64,000 nucleotides of DNA. It comes from Candidatus Thermosaccharophagus gerlachensis. Its GTDB lineage: Bacteria > Armatimonadota > Fervidibacteria > Fervidibacterales > Thermosaccharophagaceae. Positions 53,014-63,312 of this stretch are shown here, piece after piece (positions within the stretch are counted from its first letter, which is position 1; the number at the start of each line of letters is the position of its first letter). The stretch lies in the NCBI GenBank assembly GCA_041538025.1, contig JBGOEV010000009.1, forward strand, positions 93 through 64,092, read 5' to 3'. A program made the translations under genes and the position numbers. The notes under the pieces were generated by a model, which had not been told where the DNA came from, searched no databases, and saw only the letters and a list, made by a program, of their open reading frames with translations.

Positions 53014-53853
53014 GTGCACATAACGGTTTACAACTTGCCACGCTTTCTCAAACTCTATGTGGATGCCTCACACACATCCTTGAGAGTTGAGGAGCTCGTT
53101 CAATATGTTTCCTCTATACTGCCATCTTTAAATGCAGAAGTGCGCCCAGAGCCCGGGAGATTCTTCACCAGATGCGATGAGGAGATTCTTGAGTTTGCCA
53201 GAGAAGTTGCAGCAACAAGAGTGTTTCGCATCAACGCAAACGAGGTTGTATGTAAGCCGTTTAAAGCTGAAGTTGAGTATGAGTATAGGCGGATAAAGCA
53301 AGACCCATATGAGATGTTCGGTGCGTTCTATAGCGCTTACCACCTGCAAGATGTCTATTGGAAGTTGATACCAGCAGGTGAGCGTAGCCTGCACTATGTG
53401 CATGTAGTCATAACAAAACTCCTCATCGGAACATTTGATGAATCTTCTGGGAGATGGCATGCACGCACGATTGCCCTTGGCTTTCCTAACATCATATCGC
53501 TACGTGGTTTGATTGAGGCACCAGCAAAGCCGCGTCAGTTTTATATCCTTAGACAGACATTAAGCATGCTGCATGGTGAGATGACCACTGAGGAAATACA
53601 AGAGGCAATAAAAAATTTCGCACTCCTTGGCTTGGAAGACGAACGCCTGACAGAGGTTACAAAAGGTTATCTGCTGCAGGCGATAGCATACCACGCAACG
53701 ATGGAACCGTTTTGCAATGATGTTTCTTGCAGGCTTTTCAATGCACATTGGCAGAGGGAAATGTTGACGGCACAACTTAATGGAGAATACGAACTTTGTG
53801 AAGCACACGCCCAATTGTTTAGAACAATTGAGTTAATGCTTTCTTCAACATGA
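53014..53853 (+). CDS. Hypothetical protein, possibly archaemetzincin-related fold with a degenerate HExxH
   Basis: 279 aa, starting 40 nt after thi4. The C-terminal FCNDVSCRLFNAH...(x)...LCEAH resembles the CX4CXM...CXXC zinc motif of archaemetzincins. The position of HExxHxxG reads AIAYHATMEPF. Confidence 0.4.
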   Translation: MHITVYNLPRFLKLYVDASHTSLRVEELVQYVSSILPSLNAEVRPEPGRFFTRCDEEILEFAREVAATRVFRINANEVVCKPFKAEVEYEYRRIKQDPYEMFGAFYSAYHLQDVYWKLIPAGERSLHYVHVVITKLLIGTFDESSGRWHARTIALGFPNIISLRGLIEAPAKPRQFYILRQTLSMLHGEMTTEEIQEAIKNFALLGLEDERLTEVTKGYLLQAIAYHATMEPFCNDVSCRLFNAHWQREMLTAQLNGEYELCEAHAQLFRTIELMLSST

Positions 53854-53885
53854 ATAGGGGTAATGTTTTTTCTTTGAAGCGAGCG

Positions 53886-54575
53886 CTAACCACCGTTGAC
53901 GATGGGTGGCATCTGTGGGAGTGCTGTAGAAGCTTGTTTTCTGACATCCTCTTTGTATCTCTCATCCGAGATTAACCTCTTTATCTCGCGCTTCAAAATG
54001 GAAAGCAACGACCAAAGCAAATCACGCAAGTTGAAGACTTCAAGCAACTGTTGCTTTTCATATGATGGTATGTGAAGCATTGTAGCGGCTGCAAACGCTA
54101 AATCAACAGGGCTTGTTGGGAGTAAGAACTCTCTCCTTTTAAGAGCGCATGGTTCATATGCAAGTTCGGCATAGCGTTGAAACATAGCTGCGACCTTGTT
54201 TGAGAGTGAAAGGACTTCACCTGTGATGGTCACAATTGTGGACGGAAATAAAACTCTCGCCACTGGATATGGTTCTTCGGAGAGTAACTCAATTATGCGA
54301 AAGCGCCTATACCCACGAGCGAGAAGCATCAAGGAATCATCTGCCGAACGCTCAACGTAAATTATTTGAGCAGCTGTCCCCACAACATTAATCTCAACGA
54401 GTTTTTTGATACCGTCAGGACACATAAGCACAGCACCGAATGGCATGTCTTGAGAAAGACATCTCATCGCCACAAGCTTGCTTTGCGGTCCATCAACCTT
54501 CAAGTTCAAGCGGGCTTGCGGAAATAACACTGTCTCCGTCTCGATCAAGGGTAGCTCCGCTTCAAAGGAAGGCAT
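53886..54575 (-). CDS. LON N-terminal (substrate-binding) domain protein
   Basis: LPLIETETVLFPQARLNLKV...FGAVLM...VGTAAQII...DDSLMLLARGYRRFRI is the stand-alone LON_substr_bdg pattern. Confidence 0.65.
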   Translation of the reverse strand: MPSFEAELPLIETETVLFPQARLNLKVDGPQSKLVAMRCLSQDMPFGAVLMCPDGIKKLVEINVVGTAAQIIYVERSADDSLMLLARGYRRFRIIELLSEEPYPVARVLFPSTIVTITGEVLSLSNKVAAMFQRYAELAYEPCALKRREFLLPTSPVDLAFAAATMLHIPSYEKQQLLEVFNLRDLLWSLLSILKREIKRLISDERYKEDVRKQASTALPQMPPIVNGG

Positions 54576-54741
54576 TTAATATCACCACGCAGTTATACGA
54601 TTCATGCTTGCACTATTCATGATGCCAACCAGAAGCCATTATTGCAATAAGCAACGCAAGCTGTGTTTGACTGTGCAGTTTAGGTGGTTGCATAATATCT
54701 TTGGACTCTAAGCTTAAACACTGCGGAGGGCGAGAATTGAT

Positions 54742-55674
54742 ATGCCAGTTTGCCAAAGGTGTGGTGCTGAAAACGCAGATCACATGCTTGCTTGCTGGCG
54801 ATGTGTTGGACCACTTTACCCTCCACACATCGCTGATGAGATAGCCAGAAAGAGAGCCGAGATAAAGCTTCAACCATTGCCACCACCGCTGCAACAAGAG
54901 ACTGTAGGGACCATAGAGACTGCCGAAGTTAAAACCGAGGAGCTAAGTGAAGCACCAACTATAACCACAGTAGCGCCCGAAGAAGCTGTAACTGAGGGAA
55001 TCATCACTGAGGAAAGTGTTACTGAGGGAGTTACTGCCCCCACTGAGCCGGCTCCAACGGTTCAAATTTCGGGAGCTCCTACTGAAAGCGTTGCACCCCC
55101 GATTGAAAAGAAACCCCCTGCCGAGGCAGTGAAAGTTGAAGCACCTCCTAAAGAGCGTCCGATAGGTCGGTTACTAAAACGCTTTGCAAAGGTTCTGATA
55201 ATTGTTGTTCCCTTAGCGCTCATAGTGGTGTGTGCTGTAGTTTTGCTCCCACGCCTTCTCGAGAAACCCGAGAAAGTGGTGGACAAATTCTTAAGCGCTG
55301 CAAAAGCCGGAAACATTGAGGAAGCAAAAACATTCCTTGATGAGAAGTCAAGAGCAGAAATAGAAAAGCAAGGCAGTGCATTATTGTTTACGCCACTCAA
55401 AAACGTAGACTACGAGATTGGAGAAACGTCTATCCAAGGTTCGGAAGCGAGTGTGAAGGTGAAGTTAAAAGTCACATCACCAATCAAACTTGAATTTGAA
55501 GCGCCATTCGTATGCGTTCGTGAAAAGCTCTCATGGAAGATCGATGCCGAACGAACAACAAAAGAGGTCGTCAATGCAGCGATAAGTGCTGCCTCCCAGC
55601 AACTTGGCTCAATGCTTATGGAGGCGCTAAAAAAGGGATTCACGCCACCTATGCCATCATTCCCTCAAAAGTGA
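54742..55674 (+). CDS. Zinc-ribbon / low-complexity / single-TM protein of unknown function
   Basis: MPVCQRCGAENADHMLACWRCVGPL, then an E/T/P/V-rich linker, a TM helix VLIIVVPLALIVVCAVVLL, and a small C-terminal globular domain. Confidence 0.5.
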   Translation: MPVCQRCGAENADHMLACWRCVGPLYPPHIADEIARKRAEIKLQPLPPPLQQETVGTIETAEVKTEELSEAPTITTVAPEEAVTEGIITEESVTEGVTAPTEPAPTVQISGAPTESVAPPIEKKPPAEAVKVEAPPKERPIGRLLKRFAKVLIIVVPLALIVVCAVVLLPRLLEKPEKVVDKFLSAAKAGNIEEAKTFLDEKSRAEIEKQGSALLFTPLKNVDYEIGETSIQGSEASVKVKLKVTSPIKLEFEAPFVCVREKLSWKIDAERTTKEVVNAAISAASQQLGSMLMEALKKGFTPPMPSFPQK

Positions 55675-55686
55675 AGTTATCGCATG

Positions 55687-57222
55687 CTACTTTGGCGTAG
55701 ATGCGTTCGTGGTAGCAAAGTGAGATAGTATTGCATCAATCAAGCCACCGGTGGTATGCGTTGATGCGATTATACATACTGGCAAGCCGTATTCTTCGAC
55801 CCGTTTTGCTGTAACAGGTCCTATACATGCTATCCTCGCATTGCGCAAGGTCGCTTTCAACCCCTCGCCCACAAGCTTAAAGAGTGCATCAACTGAGGAG
55901 GGGCTTGTAAAGCAAACGATATCAATCGGCTTTGAGAGGGCTATGCTTATCTCTTCTTCTCCCAATTCCTCATTGGTCAAAACCTTGTATGCAGTTACCT
56001 CATGCACTTCTGCCCCGGCTTCCAAAAGGCTGTTTGTGAGTTTACGAGACGCACCAAATGCTCTTGGTAAGAGTATTCGTTTCCCATGCACACCTATGTT
56101 TAAAAGCAACTCCGCAACTGCTTCGGTTGTAAATTGCTCTGGCACTGCGTCAGCGATGATACCCATCTTGCGCAATTCGCTGTTTGTGGCATCACCTATC
56201 GCACAAACTTTCGTTGATGAAAACGCCCTTGCATCCATTCCCATAGAGTGCAATGTTTCAAACAAAGCCTTAACCCCATTAACGCTTGTGAAAACAACCC
56301 AATCATAAAGTCCTTTTGAGAGTGCTACGACTGCTTCGCGCATCTGCTGTGAGTTGCTCAGCAGTTCAATCTTTAACACAGGCAAGCAAACAGCATTGGC
56401 ACCATACGCTTCAAGCATGCGAGCCATCTCAAAACCTCTACCCTCATCCCTCGCAATTAGTATGCGCTTACCGAACAATGGTTTCCTCTCAAACCACGCC
56501 AGCTTATCGCATAGTTCAACTACCTTCCCAACGATGAGCACAGCTGGTGGGTGAACGCGTTCATATTCAGCTTTGTCGGCTATCGTTGCAAGCGTTCCAA
56601 TGATTGTTCTCTGTGTCGGGAGTGTGCCCTGCTCAATTAACGCAGCTTTTGTTGAACTGTCCAAGCCACCTTGCATCAATCTCTCCGTCACTTCTCTTAT
56701 GCGCCCGACCACCATTAGAACGACTATTGTGTCAACGGCATGGGCTATTTCTTCCCAGCGAACATTACCAGCTTCACTACTCTCGTAACCTGTGACAATG
56801 GCTACGGATGATGAATACCTTCTATCGGTTAGTGGTATTCCAGCATAAGCTGGGACAGCGTGATATGAGGAGACTCCCGGAACAACTTCAAAAGGTATAC
56901 CTGCCTCTGCGAGTGCTTCAGCCTCCTCCCCTCCTCTACCAAATATGAAAGGGTCTCCTCCTTTTAACCTGCAAACAGAAAGCCCGCTCTTCGCTTTAGC
57001 CACAAGCAATTCATTGATTTGTTCCTGTGTGAGCTGATGAGCTGATGGCTCCTTACCCACGAATATGAGTTCAGCATCTTTTCTCGCGTATCGCAGGATC
57101 GCTTTATTTACGAGCCTGTCATAAACGATGCAATCTGCTTGGCTGATGCATTCAAGTGCGCGCATCGTTATAAGTCCGATATCGCCCACACCTGCTCCAA
57201 CAAGCCATACTATGCCACTCAT
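55687..57222 (-). CDS. cobA/hemD: Fusion of uroporphyrinogen-III C-methyltransferase and uroporphyrinogen-III synthase
   Basis: N-terminus: VWLVGAGVGDIGLITMRALECISQADCIVYDRL...RLKGGDPFIFGRGGEE...FEVVPGVSS (SUMT). The C-terminal 250 aa are HemD-like (KRILIARDEGR...VVFTSVNGV...). Confidence 0.85.
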   Translation of the reverse strand: MSGIVWLVGAGVGDIGLITMRALECISQADCIVYDRLVNKAILRYARKDAELIFVGKEPSAHQLTQEQINELLVAKAKSGLSVCRLKGGDPFIFGRGGEEAEALAEAGIPFEVVPGVSSYHAVPAYAGIPLTDRRYSSSVAIVTGYESSEAGNVRWEEIAHAVDTIVVLMVVGRIREVTERLMQGGLDSSTKAALIEQGTLPTQRTIIGTLATIADKAEYERVHPPAVLIVGKVVELCDKLAWFERKPLFGKRILIARDEGRGFEMARMLEAYGANAVCLPVLKIELLSNSQQMREAVVALSKGLYDWVVFTSVNGVKALFETLHSMGMDARAFSSTKVCAIGDATNSELRKMGIIADAVPEQFTTEAVAELLLNIGVHGKRILLPRAFGASRKLTNSLLEAGAEVHEVTAYKVLTNEELGEEEISIALSKPIDIVCFTSPSSVDALFKLVGEGLKATLRNARIACIGPVTAKRVEEYGLPVCIIASTHTTGGLIDAILSHFATTNASTPK

Positions 57223-57252
57223 TGTAATTCACCTTAACTGCTGTCCGTGTTA

Positions 57253-58473
57253 CTACTGACGCATATCAAAAGCCACCTTTATTGCTTTGTGCTTACCCGG
57301 ACGAGCACTAACTGCAATCGCTTCCCTGTAGCGCGTCAGTGGGAATGTGTGTGTCAGCATCCCGCGTATCTCACGCCATTCCTTGAGAAGCATCTCTATG
57401 ACCAGATCAATAGTGTGTATTTTTCTCTCGCCGATGCTTTCAATCCCGTATGCGTATGAGCCAAGTATATGCAATTCTTTGTGCCACACTGGGGCTAAAT
57501 CAACGCCTTTGGGTATTGATGGCATTCCAACGAGTATGAGCTTCCCACGAGCCTTCGTCCATCGGATAGCCTCGTTTATGGTCTGTGAAGATGCAACACA
57601 ATCAAATACGACATCGTATCCGCCCAAAACAGTGCGTATACCAAAATCGCCCTTCAGTATTTTGGCTTCTGTTATTGCTCCCAACTCGTCGTGCAGCCCT
57701 TTGCCCGGCTTCACAACGACATCAGCCCCGAGGGTCTTAGCCCACTCCCTCTGATGTGGATACTTTGCTATTGTGCTTATGTGACCGTCAAAGCCGATCA
57801 ACCTGAGTGACTTGATAGTCATTAATCCAATCGTGCCACAGCCTATAACAAGCACTTTGCAGTCTTTGGATGGGCGAGCACGCAAAACCGCATGCATAGC
57901 GCAGGCAAACGGCTCAACGAGCACTGCAACCTCATCAGGGATTTCATCAGGAACCAAATGCAATTGGTGCTCATGCGCAACAAAGGATTCACTCCATGCA
58001 CCGCCTGTGTCGCGGCAATATCCAGTTTGAACGCCACTTGAGATAACGCCTTCGGTTATGCGTTCGCAGTTCCCAAACAATCCAGCTTCGCAATATGAAC
58101 ATGGTTCTAATTCTCTTACAGGACAACTTAAAGCTGGCTCAAGCACAACCCTATCACCTATTTTCACCTTTGAAACTTTGCTCCCAACTTCAACTACTCT
58201 ACCAACAGCTTCGTGCCCAAGCACGAACGGGTATGATGTGAGAGGCACAAAGTAAAAGCTACTGCGAGAAGTTATGACGTCAATATCCGAACCACATATC
58301 CCGGCAAGGAGCGTCTTGACCTTCACCCAATTTGGTGAGGGTAATTTCTGTTCCTCCAACTTAACGAGGCGCGTCGGAGACCACCAACCAATACAATAAT
58401 GTGGGAAGCGTTTTCCAAGAAGCTTTGCGAGCAGGAACAGAGGCAAGCTTTTTCTGTATTGTATCGCGAGCAT
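57253..58473 (-). CDS. Zinc-dependent alcohol/polyol dehydrogenase family (MDR) protein
   Basis: AGICGSDI...GHEAVGRVVEVGSKV. Structural-Zn cysteines CPVRELEPCSYCEAGLFGNC. VIGCGTIGL Rossmann motif. Start moved to the internal Met to avoid a 43-nt overlap with holA (track start 58533). Confidence 0.75.
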   Translation of the reverse strand: MLAIQYRKSLPLFLLAKLLGKRFPHYCIGWWSPTRLVKLEEQKLPSPNWVKVKTLLAGICGSDIDVITSRSSFYFVPLTSYPFVLGHEAVGRVVEVGSKVSKVKIGDRVVLEPALSCPVRELEPCSYCEAGLFGNCERITEGVISSGVQTGYCRDTGGAWSESFVAHEHQLHLVPDEIPDEVAVLVEPFACAMHAVLRARPSKDCKVLVIGCGTIGLMTIKSLRLIGFDGHISTIAKYPHQREWAKTLGADVVVKPGKGLHDELGAITEAKILKGDFGIRTVLGGYDVVFDCVASSQTINEAIRWTKARGKLILVGMPSIPKGVDLAPVWHKELHILGSYAYGIESIGERKIHTIDLVIEMLLKEWREIRGMLTHTFPLTRYREAIAVSARPGKHKAIKVAFDMRQ

Positions 58474-58490
58474 GTTCCTAATCCACGCTG

Positions 58491-59723
58491 CTAATGGCTT
58501 TTTGCGACCTGACAGAGCCTTATGACAAGCCAATCCGCAATTTCCTCATCCTTTGCAGCACTGCCCGTCTTTAAGGCAATGTCAGCATCGTGCAACACCG
58601 AAAGAGCACTTGTTAGCTTTGGCAGCGTGTATAGCTTGGATTGGCTCAAAAGCATTTTTATGACATAAGGATGTTGTGCCAACAAAGACAAACGCTCACC
58701 CTCAGGTAACTTTGACCGTGCCTTCTCGGTCAGCATCCTTTGAAGATGCTCTTTCAAATCATGCTCATGTGTAGGATGCTCACGCCACTCTAATTCAATT
58801 CTTTCAATCTGCTGTCTTGTGATGAAGCGATTCTCAAGGAGCCAGCAGGCTTGAATGAGCAACCTATAATGTCTTGCAAGCATGTAGAGTATCCTTACAA
58901 GAGGTTCCCCTCGTGAAAGAAGCGAGTTAATAAGCGACCTTGCATCATCAATGCTACCGTGAACTAATAGCTCGGTGAGTTTGAAAACATCACCACTAAG
59001 TGATGGGACAAGCTCACGGACATCGTCAAGCGTTATTTTGCTTCGCTCACCAATATAGGCTGCGAGCTTCTCAATCTCCGAGTTTATCTGCCATAGATCG
59101 TCTCCCACGCGCAGGAGCAACTCTTGTATGGCGTCTCGTTCCATTTGTATTCCGAGGCGCTTGCACGTCCATTCAGCGAACGTGACCAATTCATAGCGCT
59201 TTAGCTTGCTAAAGTAAATGGCACATCCATATTTGAGGGCTGCCTGAACAAGGATATGTTCCATTTCAAGTGGTGCATCAATGGAGATAATGAGCACAAC
59301 TCCTGGTGGCAGCCCCTTCTCTATGATATTGATGAGGTGTGTTAATGGTTTTTGAGGTGACTTTGCGCGCCTGCCTCTTGTTGGGATGCCTTGCGGTTGC
59401 AACTCTAAGAGTGAGGGATTGCGAGCTACAACTAAATACCTTCTCCCAAAGAGCACATTTATAGGACAGCTCAAAACAGCTTTTGATATGGATACATCTG
59501 TTGCTTCATCACCTTCAAGCAATCTAACTGATTCACTGCTCGCCTCATCTTGAGCAGTGAATGCAGCAATCAATCGTTTCGTGATACGGTGCACGAGGAA
59601 ACTTTCCTCACCGAAGACGAGATAAAACCTTTCGCCCCCACCATCCATAATCTCCTTGTAATGCCTATTGAGGTCGGCACTGAGCTGTCTAAAGGGAGTC
59701 CCCGGCTTAAACAACCATCCCAT
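58491..59723 (-). CDS. holA: DNA polymerase III delta subunit-like
   Basis: FYLVFGEESFLVHR at the N-terminus and an overall helical C-terminal half typical of HolA. The assignment rests on pattern only. Confidence 0.55.
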   Translation of the reverse strand: MGWLFKPGTPFRQLSADLNRHYKEIMDGGGERFYLVFGEESFLVHRITKRLIAAFTAQDEASSESVRLLEGDEATDVSISKAVLSCPINVLFGRRYLVVARNPSLLELQPQGIPTRGRRAKSPQKPLTHLINIIEKGLPPGVVLIISIDAPLEMEHILVQAALKYGCAIYFSKLKRYELVTFAEWTCKRLGIQMERDAIQELLLRVGDDLWQINSEIEKLAAYIGERSKITLDDVRELVPSLSGDVFKLTELLVHGSIDDARSLINSLLSRGEPLVRILYMLARHYRLLIQACWLLENRFITRQQIERIELEWREHPTHEHDLKEHLQRMLTEKARSKLPEGERLSLLAQHPYVIKMLLSQSKLYTLPKLTSALSVLHDADIALKTGSAAKDEEIADWLVIRLCQVAKSH

Positions 59724-59798
59724 CGGTGTTCATCACCTGTGTTTACAGCTCGATAGAGAAACTATGGACAGCACTTAGTTAGCGACCGAAATACTGTT

Positions 59799-61049
59799 TC
59801 ACTTCTGCCTCTCTGAGGATGTAAGCTCAAAAACCTTTCGCAGTAGCTCCTCCTCTGCTTTTGTCAGCTCAACCTTTCTTCGGCTCATCATTTTTGCTGC
59901 CGTAGCTATTGCCTTATCAAGTTCATGGACGACGAACCCTTCTTCTGAGTTCCCCCAAGAGAAGGACGGGACAAATTTCGGTGTTACTTCAGCACCGTAG
60001 ATGTTGCATGCAATACCTATAACAGCGCCTGTTGTGAGCATAACGCCGATTCCAAGCTTGCTGTGGTCGCCAATGAAACAGCCTATTTTAAGCTCACCAG
60101 TTTCAACCATCTCACCGTTTACCCATACCCTCACAGTTCCGTAGTTGTTCTTCAAGTCACTGCATGTTGTCATTGCTCCGATATTCACCCATTCACCAAT
60201 ATAAGCATGCCCGATGAAACCATCGTGATGCTTGTTTGAGTAGCCATGAAAGACTGTAGCCTCAACTTCACCGCCGATGCGACATACTGGACCAAGCACC
60301 GTCCCGGGTCTTATCTTCGCACCATCAACATGTGTCCCACTGCCGATGAACGAAGGTCCTTGAATAAATGTTGGCGGGGTTATTGAGGAACGAGAAGAGA
60401 TGAACACCGGTCCATCCTCGGCAGAGATGACGACACCACCATAGATGCGGGCACCTTCTTCAACGAATATTTCATCACCGTAACTGATGACACCGTTTGG
60501 TAGAGAGGTTAAGTTGGCTTGCGCCGAAATCAATTTGATGTCATCGGCAATAACATCGCTCTCTTCAAGCAGGATCGGGATCTGCCATAAGTAGTCAAGC
60601 ACCACAGCGTCGGTCAACCTTTCATTCAAGCTCATTTCCTTCCAAGCATCAACTTTGGGTGTATCGCTTGAAAGCCAAGTGAGCTTCTTTGCCTCAACAA
60701 CGGCAGCTACAAGCTCGCCGTTTTTGTTTACTAACGCCTCACCAACTTGCAACTCCGATATATTCTCAGCCACTTGCGAAGATATGATAGAGCGCCCATT
60801 AACCAAAACCACCTCGCCACTTATTTGAGAGAGGTCGTTAACGATGGCTTTCGTGCGCTCACGTATTACATCGCTCAAGTAGCTTCTGCAGAACAGTGCC
60901 AACGCATCATGTTTTATACGCCTTTGAGCTTTCTCACGCAAAGTTAGGGCACCACAGCGCAAGTCGTATACAGGGCGAAGCCATGTAAGAGGTAAAAAAT
61001 TAACCGTTCTCTCATCCTCATATACGAGGAGCGTGCGCATCTCATTCAC
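59799..61049 (-). CDS. Putative sugar nucleotidyltransferase with a left-handed beta-helix (GlmU-like)
   Basis: N-terminus LLVYEDERTVNFLPLTWLRPVYDLRCGALTLREK. C-terminal hexapeptide repeats (IGEWVNIGAMTTCSD...IGDHSKLGIGVMLTTGAVIGIACNI). Confidence 0.6.
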   Translation of the reverse strand: MNEMRTLLVYEDERTVNFLPLTWLRPVYDLRCGALTLREKAQRRIKHDALALFCRSYLSDVIRERTKAIVNDLSQISGEVVLVNGRSIISSQVAENISELQVGEALVNKNGELVAAVVEAKKLTWLSSDTPKVDAWKEMSLNERLTDAVVLDYLWQIPILLEESDVIADDIKLISAQANLTSLPNGVISYGDEIFVEEGARIYGGVVISAEDGPVFISSRSSITPPTFIQGPSFIGSGTHVDGAKIRPGTVLGPVCRIGGEVEATVFHGYSNKHHDGFIGHAYIGEWVNIGAMTTCSDLKNNYGTVRVWVNGEMVETGELKIGCFIGDHSKLGIGVMLTTGAVIGIACNIYGAEVTPKFVPSFSWGNSEEGFVVHELDKAIATAAKMMSRRKVELTKAEEELLRKVFELTSSERQK

Positions 61050-61123
61050 CCCCTCAAGAGCATCGTGTGAATATCACTGTGTGGTTAAGCGCCTTAAGTT
61101 TATGTTAACACGATGTGAAGCTT

Positions 61124-61984
61124 CTAATACAGTCCCAAAAGGAATTTGCGCATTGCTTCATTGATGAGTGCTGGACATTCCTCGTGCGGTGCATGCCCAA
61201 CATCACTTAGCACCATTAACTCAGCATTTGGCAGACGCTCACTCAACTCTACTCCAACACTTAAGGGCACGGTTTTATCAAGCTCACCCCAGATGAGCAA
61301 TGTCCTTTGGTAAATAGAAGGAAGCCTATCCGAGAGGTCAAACCCATCAATTTGACGTAGCATCTTTACCCATGCGCTTGCTGTGCCACGAATCTGCAGT
61401 GGCGCAAGGTATGCATTGATTGCTTCCTCAGTGATAATGCTGTGGTTTGCATAATTGAAGCGCATTACATCCTCAACACCGTTCTCGTTGAATAAAAACC
61501 ATTGAGCGAGTTTTGGTCCAATCAATGGCAGGAAGATACATCTGGGTATAGCTGGCAGTTCTATTCTAAATGGTGCTGCAAGGAGTATTAGTGCTTCCAC
61601 CTTAGTTGGGAAGAGAACCGCCATAGTCATGGCGACTATCCCACCAAATGAGTTGCCAACAATCGTTGCGCTCTCTATTCCCTCATGGTCAAGGACACAT
61701 GCTACAGCTCGCGCATGCGCCTCAACAGTGTAGCTTGTGCGTAGCGAGCGAGTTGATAGCCCAAAGCCTTTCAGGTCAATGGAAAGCAAGCGGAAGCAGT
61801 CTCTCAACCCCTTGATTTGGTTGCGCCACCCATACGACCATGCACCAAAGCCGTGAAGTAAGACAACCGGCTTGCCATGACCAGCACATATGTAGTGGAT
61901 ATGTGCCTTCTCACACTTCACGAAACAGCTCTTTGCCCCAAAAGAGGAAACGATCTCGGTGCACTTCTTGACGGGATCACGCAT
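61124..61984 (-). CDS. Alpha/beta-fold hydrolase
   Basis: VVLLHGFGAWSYGWRNQ, nucleophile elbow VGNSFGG, C-terminal GHAPHEE. Confidence 0.8.
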   Translation of the reverse strand: MRDPVKKCTEIVSSFGAKSCFVKCEKAHIHYICAGHGKPVVLLHGFGAWSYGWRNQIKGLRDCFRLLSIDLKGFGLSTRSLRTSYTVEAHARAVACVLDHEGIESATIVGNSFGGIVAMTMAVLFPTKVEALILLAAPFRIELPAIPRCIFLPLIGPKLAQWFLFNENGVEDVMRFNYANHSIITEEAINAYLAPLQIRGTASAWVKMLRQIDGFDLSDRLPSIYQRTLLIWGELDKTVPLSVGVELSERLPNAELMVLSDVGHAPHEECPALINEAMRKFLLGLY

Positions 61985-62030
61985 TGCCTACTACTAATAC
62001 CCACCGCAGTTTAAACGACTGTCTGAGAAC

Positions 62031-63206
62031 TTACTTGCGCAATACCTCAATTCCCGGTAGCTCTCTGCCTTCAAGGAACTCAAGGGCAGCACCACCGCCA
62101 GTTGAGACATGCGTGACCTTTTCAGCAATTCCATACTGTATTGCAGCTGCAGCAGTTTCTCCTCCTCCAACGACAACTACTCCTTCACATTCAGCAAGCG
62201 CTTTTGCTATTGCTTTTGTGCCTTCGGAGAACACTTCAAGTTCAAAGCGCCCCATAGGTCCGTTCCAGAAAACCGTCTTAGCTTGCTTTATCCTGTTGGC
62301 ATATTCTTCTCTCGTCTTTGGACCTATGTCCATACCCATCATGTCTTGTGGTATCTGATCACACGGCACTACACTGGTGGATGCATCTTCTGCATCCCTA
62401 TCAGCAACAACAACATCAACTGGCAAACATAGTTCAACGCCGGCTTGCTTTGCTTCATCAAGTAACTGCTTTGCCAGCTCAATCTTATCCTCCTCAACAA
62501 GCGAACGCCCAGTTTGCAATCCCTTAGCTCTGAAGAATGTATACGCCATTGCGCCACCGATGAGGAGTGCATCAACGCGCTTCATCAAATTTTTGATGAC
62601 GCCTATTTTGTCCGAAACCTTCACACCACCAAGCACTGCCAAAAATGGGCGTTCAGGCGCTTCAAGTAACCGTGTGAGGTTCTCGACTTCCTTCTCCATA
62701 AGCAGACCAGCATAGCTTGGTAAGAACTGCGTTATCGCATGAACCGATGCATGAGCCCTGTGTGCAGCTCCAAAAGCATCGTTGACATACACTTCACCAA
62801 GTTTAGCGAGTTGCTTTGCAAACTCACTATCGTTCTCTTCCTCACCCTTATAAAACCGCACGTTTTCAAGCAAGATGACATCACCAGGTTGCATCTTGGC
62901 TACTTCAGCTTCAACATCGCTTCCGATACAGTCATTGAGTTTTTTCACTGTCTTGCCAAGAAGCTCTGACAAGCGCTTTGCTACCGGGTCAAGGCGCATT
63001 TCATTTACAACCTTCCCCTTCGGTCTGCCCAAGTGTGATACCAATATGACTTTAGCACCTCGCTCAACCAAATACTGAATAGTTGGTATTGTTGCTTTAA
63101 TGCGCCAGTCATCCGCTACCTCGCCATCTTTGAGTGGCACATTGAAATCAACCCTCACAAGCACTCGCTTACCAGTTACTTCTACCTCTTTAATGGTGCG
63201 GAGCAT
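62031..63206 (-). CDS. pgk: Phosphoglycerate kinase
   Basis: [28 protein letters not shown]...[12 protein letters not shown]...[11 protein letters not shown]...[15 protein letters not shown]...VSTGGGA.LEFLEG. Start at the internal Met (track start 63272). Confidence 0.93.
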   Translation of the reverse strand: MLRTIKEVEVTGKRVLVRVDFNVPLKDGEVADDWRIKATIPTIQYLVERGAKVILVSHLGRPKGKVVNEMRLDPVAKRLSELLGKTVKKLNDCIGSDVEAEVAKMQPGDVILLENVRFYKGEEENDSEFAKQLAKLGEVYVNDAFGAAHRAHASVHAITQFLPSYAGLLMEKEVENLTRLLEAPERPFLAVLGGVKVSDKIGVIKNLMKRVDALLIGGAMAYTFFRAKGLQTGRSLVEEDKIELAKQLLDEAKQAGVELCLPVDVVVADRDAEDASTSVVPCDQIPQDMMGMDIGPKTREEYANRIKQAKTVFWNGPMGRFELEVFSEGTKAIAKALAECEGVVVVGGGETAAAAIQYGIAEKVTHVSTGGGAALEFLEGRELPGIEVLRK

Positions 63207-63312
63207 AGTGTGCTCACCTCCTATTCGTTGCTTATTTGGCTCACCCTTTTTAACGGCAATGCCCTCAAACAAGTTGGCTTAGATTTGAAGTCATTGTGTT
63301 GCAATCCATTCA

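Noticed and set aside
54960-55045. Short near-repeats (gtaactgaggga / gttactgaggga) in the zinc-ribbon membrane protein gene.
   Set aside because: They simply encode a low-complexity VTEG/E-T-P-rich linker. They are not a DNA-level element.
61050-61123. An 8-bp inverted repeat (catcgtgt … acacgatg) in the gap between the nucleotidyltransferase and hydrolase genes.
   Set aside because: The arms are short and widely spaced (about 45 nt), with no U-tract and no supporting context. It could easily arise by chance.
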